Below are positions 1 to 7,499 of a stretch of DNA of 14,985 nucleotides, piece after piece. The stretch comes from Candidatus Thorarchaeota archaeon (GTDB lineage: Archaea > Asgardarchaeota > Thorarchaeia > Thorarchaeales > Thorarchaeaceae): positions 1 to 14,985 of the forward strand of contig JAEORO010000128.1 in assembly GCA_016840855.1 (NCBI GenBank). The letters are read 5' to 3'. Position 1 is the first letter of the stretch; the number at the start of each line of letters is the position of its first letter. The notes beneath the pieces are model-generated. The model was not told the origin of the DNA. It saw only the letters and a program-made list of their open reading frames with translations, and ran no database searches. The position numbers and the translations under genes were made by a program.

Positions 1-398
1 ATGCCTGCACTTTACGCCTACGGGGGTGTCACCCTCTATGCCACATCGTTCCAGACGACTTCGGCTTTACTTGCAGAGGCACTTGTCCAGGCCCTAACAC
101 CACATCTCCTTGTACTCATCGCACAAGGATTCAGTTTGGCCTATTCCCCTTTCGCTCGCTGTTACTAAGGGAATCACATTTGTTTTCTCTTCCTGCTCGT
201 ACTAAGATGCTTCAGTTCCGAGCGTTCCCATTCGAGATTTGACCCTCGAACAACATAGGCTATTAACCCATGCTTGGAAGTCCTATTCGGGAACCCTGGG
301 TTCACAGACTTCATGCGTCTACCCCAGGCATTTCGCTGCTTGTCACGCCCTTCATCGGCTAGCCAACCAAGTCATCCACCACTTGCCGTTTAGCGAAT
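1..398 (-). rRNA. rrl: 23S rRNA, 5' portion (continues beyond the left edge; mature 5' end approximate)
   Basis: The reverse complement reads GCTAAACGGCAAGTGGTGGATGACTTGGTTGGCTAGCCGATGAAGGGCGTGACAAGC...GGAACTGAAGCATCTTAGTACGAGCAGGAAGAGAAAACAA...TTAGTAACAGCGAGCGAAAGGGGAA...GAGGGTGACACCCCCGTAG, the conserved domain I of archaeal LSU rRNA. Confidence 0.97.
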
Positions 399-830
399 CG
401 CAAATCTACTCATGTGTTGACACAGTATTACCTGTTGTCCACTAATTGTGAACATGATTATTCCTAATCATGCCAAGGAGTTATTGTAGTAACATTTCCC
501 TACAATTATAATGATCAGTGTACCTCCATCCTCTGCAGTCCACGCCTCAGACTCTCCATGACACACTTCACCGAGTCATCGACGTTGACGGTCCTCCACC
601 GGGAATGATACCTCTCTCATGACCTGGTCCCGGTGAACCTTTGTTCAGCATTTCAGAATTCTGAACTCCGGACCTAACGCTAGCGCACCACTCTATCAGT
701 GAGCGCTCCGCCAGCCTAATTTGCTGACGATTTAAAGCTTGCTATGCATCGATGGTAGTTTTTGTCACCAGCACTACCAGAAACAGCCTCACGACGTTTA
801 CGTCGCATAAGACCTTCTCTTCGACGAGAG
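399..830 (-). other. Structured 5' leader (external transcribed spacer) of the 23S rRNA, including a probable 5' strand of the processing stem (~535-575)
   Basis: No credible ORF and many hairpins: CATGATTA-TTCC-TAATCATG at 453-472 (GGAA GNRA loop on the minus strand), CACCGGGA...TCCCGGTG at 597-635, TGGTAGT...ACTACCA at 753-779, CGACG-TTTA-CGTCG at 792-805. The minus-strand GGTGAAGTGTGTCATGGAGAGTCTGAGGCGTGGACTG resembles archaeal pre-23S processing-stem sequence. Confidence 0.65.
729..742 (-). promoter_or_regulatory. Possible second tandem rRNA promoter
   Basis: Minus strand GCAAGCTTTAAATC contains a TTTAAA box; tandem promoters are common at archaeal rRNA genes. Confidence 0.35.
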
Positions 831-853
831 CACATTTAATGTTCAGAGTTCAC

Positions 854-866
854 GTATAAAGTTTTT
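854..866 (-). promoter_or_regulatory. BRE-TATA promoter for the 23S rRNA transcript
   Basis: Minus strand AAAAACTTTATAC: purine-rich BRE followed by a TTTATA box, lying between the rph stop and the structured leader. Confidence 0.65.
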
Positions 867-891
867 GTCAGAGGCGATTTTTGAACAGCCA

Positions 892-1599
892 CTATTTCGC
901 AGATAATACTCTGTTTTGAGCCTCGATTAGCTCTGAGATGCCTTTTGTTGCCAAGTCCAACATTTCATTCATAGCACCACGACCAAAAGTGGCACCTTCA
1001 GCAGTACCCTGAACCTCGACAAAGTCAGACCCTCTCATAACTACATTCATATCAACATCAGCCTGCGCATCTTCAAGGTAGCAGAGATCTAGGAGGACTT
1101 CACTATTGATTATTCCCACACTCACAGCTGCTACATTGCCAATAAGAGGACTTTCTGAAATCATTTCCAAATCTATCATGTATTGTAGTGCATCGCAAAG
1201 TGCAACATAGGCACCTGTAATTGATGCTGTACGTGTTCCACCATCAGCTTGAATGACATCGCAGTCAATCCTGATTGTGTTTTCGCCCATTCGGTTCATG
1301 TCCACAGCGGCTCTAAGAGAACGTCCAATCAACCGTTGAATCTCTTGGGCTCTTCCGCTGAGCTTGTGTCGATTAATCCTGTCATCTGTAGAACGTGGAA
1401 GCATACCATACTCGGCTGTCACCCAGCCCTGTCCCTTTCCATTAAGCCAGCCTGGAACTCCTTCTTCAACAGTCGCAGTACAGATTACCTTAGTTTCTCC
1501 AGTAACAATCAGGACCGATCCTTCCGGATGCTTCAAATAATTCCGCGTGAATTCAACAGGCCTAAGCTCATCATAAGCTCGGTTATCTACTCGAGACAT
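892..1599 (-). CDS. rph: Ribonuclease PH, bacterial type
   Basis: Motifs [79 protein letters not shown] and EVQGTAEG; 235 aa. An AT-rich TATA-like tract lies about 25 nt upstream of the ATG. Confidence 0.95.
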   Translation of the reverse strand: MSRVDNRAYDELRPVEFTRNYLKHPEGSVLIVTGETKVICTATVEEGVPGWLNGKGQGWVTAEYGMLPRSTDDRINRHKLSGRAQEIQRLIGRSLRAAVDMNRMGENTIRIDCDVIQADGGTRTASITGAYVALCDALQYMIDLEMISESPLIGNVAAVSVGIINSEVLLDLCYLEDAQADVDMNVVMRGSDFVEVQGTAEGATFGRGAMNEMLDLATKGISELIEAQNRVLSAK

Positions 1600-1722
1600 A
1601 GCATTGCACTTTGATAATCGACTATTAATTAGTGTCGGGACTTATATCAGATAGTTTTATTGACCATTGTCACCTCAGGGGTAATACTAGTACACACTAG
1701 AGAACATGGAGAGGATAGGAAG

Positions 1723-2754
1723 ATGTCTGACATTCGAAAACGTTTCACAGATGCGTTGAAAGACACTGTCAATGAATGGAAACATAATAAGAATGTCAAA
1801 GGAATCTTCGTCTACGGGTCCTATGTAAAAGGTACAGCTACAGCAAATTCAGACTTGGATATATGCATCATTTGGGATGCTCCAGAAGCGCCTGTTCGAC
1901 TAATGTCATCACACAAAGAAGTCCTTGTGGACATGGTTTTTATGACTGTCAAGGAGGTCGAGAATGTGTTTGATGGTGTCACGAAAGATGTTACCAAGAT
2001 ATCTGAGGTCATAAACCGTCTGAGAAATTCCCTCGTAATGCACGATACAAATGGATTGGTTAGCAACTGGCAGAAGAAGACCGTCAGTTATGTATGGTCT
2101 GAGGAGTCGATCTCACAAGTCAAAAAGATGGCCTTGGAGTATCTGAACAGAGCAAAGAAATTTGCAGAAGAGGACGAGGGGCCTAGTGCGATTTACGAGA
2201 TGCGTGAAGGAGTGTTTAATCTGGGAAGAGTCATACTAATGGTGAATAATAACTTCCTGATTCTCAAACCAGCAGAAGTGCTGACTGAAGTTAGATTGCT
2301 CGATCCTATGACTTACTCTCTGTTCTTAAGAGCCTTTAAATTAAAGGGCATGGATGAACCTAAGCTTTTGTCTGTGCTTAACGACCTACGCGAGTGGTTG
2401 GATTTAGCTGAAGCCAGAATAGGTGAAGTGAGGATTGATGAACAAGCATTACTTGCTACAGGACTCTTGTCCCAAGCACAAAGAGAATATCATGGGTCAT
2501 TGGGACTAACATACAACGGTGACTATGAGTTGGCTGTTCTGGAGATGCGGCAATCAGCTTGTTCATTGGGTAGAGCACTCATTACACTAAAGGAGTTCTC
2601 CAGTTTAGTAGACGGTGTCTTCATGGATCAACTCAGTGAAACAGAACCAGTATTCTACGAGGAGATTCTGGTTGAACATGGAGCCTACGATATTCTTCCA
2701 AAGGAAATAATGAGAATCATCGGAGAGGCTGAGTTCATCGCACAACGTCTTTAG
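1723..2754 (+). CDS. Pol-beta superfamily (MNT/KNTase-like) nucleotidyltransferase fused to two HEPN-like helical repeats
   Basis: GIFVYGSYVKGTATANSDLDICII carries the GS and DxD motifs, with a third Asp in LVDMVF. Start placed at ATG 1723 after purine-rich GGAGAGGATAGGAAG; the ORF track starts at TTG 1660. Confidence 0.8.
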   Translation: MSDIRKRFTDALKDTVNEWKHNKNVKGIFVYGSYVKGTATANSDLDICIIWDAPEAPVRLMSSHKEVLVDMVFMTVKEVENVFDGVTKDVTKISEVINRLRNSLVMHDTNGLVSNWQKKTVSYVWSEESISQVKKMALEYLNRAKKFAEEDEGPSAIYEMREGVFNLGRVILMVNNNFLILKPAEVLTEVRLLDPMTYSLFLRAFKLKGMDEPKLLSVLNDLREWLDLAEARIGEVRIDEQALLATGLLSQAQREYHGSLGLTYNGDYELAVLEMRQSACSLGRALITLKEFSSLVDGVFMDQLSETEPVFYEEILVEHGAYDILPKEIMRIIGEAEFIAQRL

Positions 2755-2799
2755 GTTAGATTGATTAAGCCAGTTTTAGTTTTTAGAACAGTGTTACTC

Positions 2800-3378
2800 A
2801 TGCAGGACGTTGAGATACTAAAGTTACTGAGCGTCACTTTGACAAGAGATAAACAGACTGTTCTTGAGGAAGAAATCCAAAGATATGCAGCCGCTACTAA
2901 TTGGGTGATAAAACAAATACTAAAGCAACGTTTCTCATCTCGATTACGTGCAATCGAAACTCTGCATGAAGAGTTCTCAAGTAAGTATGATGCCAGACGC
3001 GGTTATCTAGATGATGTATTAAAGACTGCAGGCACAGAAATCAGGCAGCATCGGAAACTAGCGAAGACTATTCGTACCCTACGGGACAAAACTCCATTTT
3101 TTAGACCAGGTCGACTCATTTTTTCTCAACCTATAATTAGATTGGATGATAAAGCGGTCACAATTATTCTCAACGATAGAAACTTACTACCGATACCTTT
3201 TGACAAAAGGAGTAGGAATCGATTTGCGGACAAGTTATCTGCAATTCTCAAGAGTTCCAAAAAAGATGGAGAAATCAACAATAATTATAGTCGTATTAGA
3301 GTCACATTGCACAAAGAGGGATTTGCAGATATTGATATTCAAGCTAAGAAATTGCATTCAATGGAGAACTATTCATAG
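2800..3378 (+). CDS. Basic protein resembling the N-terminal WED/REC lobe of TnpB/Cas12f, lacking RuvC and the Zn ribbon
   Basis: Segments LEEEIQRYAAATNWV, LHEEFSSKY, KTPFFRPGRLIFSQ, RLDDKAVTI, LPIPFD and RIRVTLHKEGFADIDI follow the order of archaeal TnpB N-halves. ATG 2800 preferred over TTG 2761. Confidence 0.6.
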   Translation: MQDVEILKLLSVTLTRDKQTVLEEEIQRYAAATNWVIKQILKQRFSSRLRAIETLHEEFSSKYDARRGYLDDVLKTAGTEIRQHRKLAKTIRTLRDKTPFFRPGRLIFSQPIIRLDDKAVTIILNDRNLLPIPFDKRSRNRFADKLSAILKSSKKDGEINNNYSRIRVTLHKEGFADIDIQAKKLHSMENYS

Positions 3379-4260
3379 AGGAGGGATCCATGAAACTACT
3401 GATCCTGATAGGTCAGCTGTATAGATGATAGCTCCATCTGGAGACCAAGCAATTGATGCAATTCCAGTCACTAGTTGGCCAGTCGCAACTTCAATCTTTT
3501 CTTCTAGAGACCAGACTTTAATTGTACGGTCCCAACTTGCAGAGGCAAGATATTGGCAAGAGGGGTCAACAGATAAAGCACTTGTCAAGTCTGTATGCCC
3601 CGACATCTTGGATTTCTCACTGGTTTCTGTAAGATTGATTTGGGCTATTTCACCACTTTGAAAACCCAAAAAAATATGTGACCCATCTGAGGCTGCTGCC
3701 ATTGACCTTATACGGTCATTCCGTTTTACTAGTGTTTTCTCTGGATTATATGACGATAGATTCCACAATCTACAGGTTCCATCGTATGATGCTGTGACAA
3801 TCTTCTGGGCATCATCAATCAATGCTATACCTGAGATATCAGAATTGTGAGCTTGAAGGTTTCTGATGCTCTTAAGACTCCTCAATGAAAATATCTTTAC
3901 CATCCCATCGCGGGAGCCTGAAGCCCCTTTTCCAAGTTTCAATGAAATTGTGAGCGCTTTCACCTCAGCGGGATGTTTGAGAGTCAAAGTGTCCTCAACA
4001 TTCTTCACATTCCACAATCGTGTGGTCTGGTCCCAGCTGCATGAAAGAATAGCATTTGAACTCCCAACAAAGGACACATCAGTAACAGCGCCATCATGAC
4101 CCGTAATCCCTCGTTTTGTTTTTCCAGATCGAGCATCAATTAAAAGAATCTCGGAATTCATATTTCCGCATGCAATTAAGCGACCTTTTGGAGCAACAGA
4201 AATGCTTGTCAGTGGAGAGGGGGAACTGTCGGTTGGTCTATAGAGGTCTACCTTCTCCAA
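3373..4260 (-). CDS. WD40-repeat beta-propeller protein (about 7 blades)
   Basis: Repeats GHDGAVTDV..SCSWDQTTRLWN, AHNSDIS..TASYDGTCRLWN, GHTDLTSAL..SASWDRTIKVWS; TTG start preceded by GGTGA. Confidence 0.93.
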   Translation of the reverse strand: MEKVDLYRPTDSSPSPLTSISVAPKGRLIACGNMNSEILLIDARSGKTKRGITGHDGAVTDVSFVGSSNAILSCSWDQTTRLWNVKNVEDTLTLKHPAEVKALTISLKLGKGASGSRDGMVKIFSLRSLKSIRNLQAHNSDISGIALIDDAQKIVTASYDGTCRLWNLSSYNPEKTLVKRNDRIRSMAAASDGSHIFLGFQSGEIAQINLTETSEKSKMSGHTDLTSALSVDPSCQYLASASWDRTIKVWSLEEKIEVATGQLVTGIASIAWSPDGAIIYTADLSGSVVSWIPPL

Positions 4261-4327
4261 GCTAAATCACCATGTGCTAATATCAATCAATGTTCTGAAG
4301 AACTTTGGTTTAAAGGTGTGTAACATT

Positions 4328-5314
4328 CTATCTTCTCTTTAATTGAGAATATAATATTGGGATAGAAAGGGTTACGATGGCCACGATTCCGATAATAAGA
4401 AGTATGGGTGGATCAAGCGGAAAAAGTGACATATCAGTAGATTCTTGGACAAGAAAGACCTCCAAGACTTCACCAACGATTTCAAGACTATAAGCACTGC
4501 ACTTATCAGGTGTGTCCTCAAGTGTATGCCAATACCAAGGAAAGGGTATTTGAATCAAATCAACTGCAGGAATACCTGCATCTAGAAAGGGCCTATGATC
4601 ATCAAGTATTGAACCACCATATGAGTCAACGAATGTGTTGTTATACCCTAATTGATCAGCAAGACTCCAAATTACATTTTGAAGAGAAGCTGTCGAACTG
4701 GTTTCGCGAGGTAATTCGAGGTTAATATCCCCCACCATGTCAGTAAGTACCATAGCATGAATTGACCTTCTGCGTTCTGTACTAAGTTGAGAAACATAAT
4801 ATGTTGATCCTTGAATATAATCCCAATCGTTAATCCTGCCTGAATCCTCAGCATCAAAAAGCACGATTTCTACAGCCGTACGGGTTTCGTTCGGGAGTTT
4901 ATCTGCTAATTCTAAAAGGACAGCGACTCCACTTGCACCATCATTAGCTCCAACACCAGAACCAGGGTCATGAATGTTAGGCGCTCGTGTATCATAATGA
5001 GCTCCAACAATGATTGGAGAATTACTCTGCGAGTTCCATGTGGCAATAATATTTACACATTCAACTTCGCGATAGGTAAAATTTTGAAATGTGATATTCC
5101 ATCCAAACGATTCGAGTAATTCCACAATCATGGATCTACAGAGACTCAGATTATCTGACCCAGGTGGACGAGGGCCAAACTCACATTGATCGACCAGATA
5201 TGAATATGCACTTGTTCCGTTGAATAATGGAGAGTGAGTGATTTGCTTAATATCAATGGGAATTGTCAAGCTGATTAAAAGAATAATAACCAATCCACTA
5301 TACAAATACTTCAT
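4328..5314 (-). CDS. M28-family Zn metalloenzyme (glutaminyl cyclase/aminopeptidase-like), secreted with a C-terminal membrane anchor
   Basis: GAHYDTR, GANDGASGVAVLLELA, FDAED, DMVG, DDHRPF and WHTLEDT; hydrophobic N-terminal signal; C-terminal hydrophobic helix followed by KRR. Confidence 0.88.
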   Translation of the reverse strand: MKYLYSGLVIILLISLTIPIDIKQITHSPLFNGTSAYSYLVDQCEFGPRPPGSDNLSLCRSMIVELLESFGWNITFQNFTYREVECVNIIATWNSQSNSPIIVGAHYDTRAPNIHDPGSGVGANDGASGVAVLLELADKLPNETRTAVEIVLFDAEDSGRINDWDYIQGSTYYVSQLSTERRRSIHAMVLTDMVGDINLELPRETSSTASLQNVIWSLADQLGYNNTFVDSYGGSILDDHRPFLDAGIPAVDLIQIPFPWYWHTLEDTPDKCSAYSLEIVGEVLEVFLVQESTDMSLFPLDPPILLIIGIVAIVTLSIPILYSQLKRR

Positions 5315-5361
5315 CGCTGAAACTATCGAGGATAAGACACCTATGAAGGTTTTCAGCTTAG

Positions 5362-6573
5362 CTAAGTGAGATGAGAATGCACAACTTGTTTAATTATAGC
5401 TGGTAACTCTCTTGGAAGTCGTTTGAAGACAGTATAGGGAATATCTGCATATCCAATCTCACCACGAGCTACCATAGTCATTATCTCAGAAGCAAGTTTG
5501 TGACCATTCGCTCTCGGGAGTATGATTTCTGCTAATGATGGACCGTTGACTCCGACTCGAGTTGCAAGCGCAAAATTAGCAGAGAATTCATTGAAACAAA
5601 GATCTTGATATTCTGAGAGAATCTCTTCATCATAGCGGTTTTTATCATGTGCCTTACGGATGACCGATGCAGCAAATTCGCCGGATTTCATTGCGTATGC
5701 GATCCCTTCACCCATAAGTGGGTCTACGAAGCCTGCAGCATCACCAATCAGAATTGAGCGTTGTGTGACATTCTTGTTACCAAGCCCATCTCCACCAAGA
5801 AAGAAAGTTCTTCTTTTCTCAAGATTCAGTCTTACTCCAGTTCGTTTCTCTACTTGCTTGTAGAATGAATCAAATCGTGGTCGGAGGGCTTTCATATGCA
5901 CACCTGCTCCTGCTATTCCAATCGCAAGGTGCTCCTTCTTAGGAAAGACCCATCCATAGCTGACGCGACCTTCAACTGGGCATACTTCTAGGACTGTTGG
6001 ATTTCCCCCTGTAGCTTTCGATACCCCTTTCTCCCCAACGTAGAAGTCTGCTTCCATTCCGAGACCGACTTTTGTCAAATCCTTTCTTTTTGGTCTAAGG
6101 TTTAGTGCTCTACTCACAATAGAGTTCACACCGTCGGCTCCAAGGAGATAGCTTGCTTTGAACTCAGTCCCGTTTGCTAGTTTAACGATGGCGGAATCTG
6201 ATGATACTGATGCATCAACAACTGGCGAGTTATCAATGAGCTCAGCACCTGTGTCGCTAGCGCGTCTAGCTAGAAATTCATCAAAACGATCTCGAAACAC
6301 TGTAATTCCAATCAACTTGTCAGATATGAATTCTGTCACCTGTCCGTCTGGCAGGAGGAACCTGAGACCAAAAATGCGTTGTTCGACTAGGTTTCTAGGA
6401 ATTTTTCCGCCAATCAAACGAAGCCCTCGGTACATGACAGCACCGCCACAGGGCTTTTCTCGTGGAATGCGATATTTCTCTAATAATAATGTCTTGAGAC
6501 CTTGTTTTGCACAATCATGTGCGGCAATTGACCCAGCAGGACCTGCACCAACCACGATTACATCATAAGCCAA
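5362..6573 (-). CDS. Geranylgeranyl reductase family FAD-dependent oxidoreductase
   Basis: YDVIVVGAGPAGS, KPCGG, GADG, YGWVFPK and GDAAGFVDPLMGEGI; GGAGG upstream of the TTG start. Confidence 0.92.
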   Translation of the reverse strand: MAYDVIVVGAGPAGSIAAHDCAKQGLKTLLLEKYRIPREKPCGGAVMYRGLRLIGGKIPRNLVEQRIFGLRFLLPDGQVTEFISDKLIGITVFRDRFDEFLARRASDTGAELIDNSPVVDASVSSDSAIVKLANGTEFKASYLLGADGVNSIVSRALNLRPKRKDLTKVGLGMEADFYVGEKGVSKATGGNPTVLEVCPVEGRVSYGWVFPKKEHLAIGIAGAGVHMKALRPRFDSFYKQVEKRTGVRLNLEKRRTFFLGGDGLGNKNVTQRSILIGDAAGFVDPLMGEGIAYAMKSGEFAASVIRKAHDKNRYDEEILSEYQDLCFNEFSANFALATRVGVNGPSLAEIILPRANGHKLASEIMTMVARGEIGYADIPYTVFKRLPRELPAIIKQVVHSHLT

Positions 6574-6668
6574 AGATACCAGGAACCTCCAATATGATTA
6601 CATGAATTCTTTTAGAGCACGATATTTTCAGACCGATAACTTGCATTAGGTTTGTGAGCTATTTAGTC

Positions 6669-7499
6669 TTAACCTCTATTCGCAATGAACTCGAAACTAT
6701 CCACTGCGTTTTTTTCTGTTGCACCTATTTTTTCTCGGATCAGCGGTTCATATGCTGGGTTGATCTCATATCCTATAGAATTACGTCTTAACTCACGGGC
6801 GACCTTAAGAGTGGTTCCGCTACCTGCAAAGGGATCAAGCACTGTATCACCAACAAATGAGTACAATCGAATGCATCTTCGAGGAAGCTCTTCAGGAAAA
6901 GGTGCAGGATGATTCTCTTGTTTTGCTGAAGCAGTCTGGAAATCCCAAATTGAGTTTTGAACCCATTCCGTAAATTCACTATGCGTTATGGTGGATGCTT
7001 CTTTGATTGTTTTAGGGATGGATGGTCTCCGCCCACTCTTCGAAAAAACGATAATCCATTCATATGGGTAAGTTGAAAGAAGGTTAGGTGGATAGGGATA
7101 GGAACCCCAGGAACTAAATCTGGCAGCTTTTCGTTTATCCCAGATATACAGTGAATGGAGGTACATGTTTCCAAGAGATGTCATAAATTCCTCTAGTTCG
7201 GGCAAGACAGTTTTTGTGACTCTTCGATTGAATTTGGTATTCTTACCAGTTAGAAGAATTGGCATGATGTTAATGATTAGCTTGCCATCAGGCACGAGCT
7301 TCTTCACGCACTCGCTAAAGACATCACAGATTGATGTGAAATATTCATCAAAGGTTGTAGTTCCCTGTCCAATTCCTTTGTTCTCACCATAATCTTTTAG
7401 ATTCCAATAAGGAGGTGATGTAACAACGAGATGAACAGATGAGTCTTGCACTTCATCCATACTTGTACTATCACCAATCACGATCTTATGATGAGTCAA
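6669..7499 (-). CDS. Amino-DNA methyltransferase (m4C/m6A), beta class
   Basis: Catalytic VTSPPYW near the N-terminus, HPAPFPEEL, and C-terminal SAM motif VLDPFAGSGTT. Confidence 0.93.
   Translation of the reverse strand: MTHHKIVIGDSTSMDEVQDSSVHLVVTSPPYWNLKDYGENKGIGQGTTTFDEYFTSICDVFSECVKKLVPDGKLIINIMPILLTGKNTKFNRRVTKTVLPELEEFMTSLGNMYLHSLYIWDKRKAARFSSWGSYPYPPNLLSTYPYEWIIVFSKSGRRPSIPKTIKEASTITHSEFTEWVQNSIWDFQTASAKQENHPAPFPEELPRRCIRLYSFVGDTVLDPFAGSGTTLKVARELRRNSIGYEINPAYEPLIREKIGATEKNAVDSFEFIANRG

Noticed and set aside
239-445. 68-aa ORF on the + strand
   Set aside because: Antisense to the 23S rRNA; spurious.
520-830. Possible tRNA, RNase P RNA, SRP RNA or 16S remnant in the GC-richer leader
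   Set aside because: No cloverleaf with a T-loop, no GAGGAAAGTCC, no SRP helix-8 motif and no anti-SD 16S terminus seen by eye.
2755-3400. Intact IS200/IS605 element
   Set aside because: No tnpA, no evident subterminal hairpins, and almost no non-coding flank on either side.
3146-3661. + strand ORFs 3146-3424 and 3425-3661 as a frameshifted RuvC continuation of the TnpB-like gene
   Set aside because: No GxDxG, E-x-L, Zn ribbon or D-x-N-A motifs; mostly antisense shadow of the WD40 gene.
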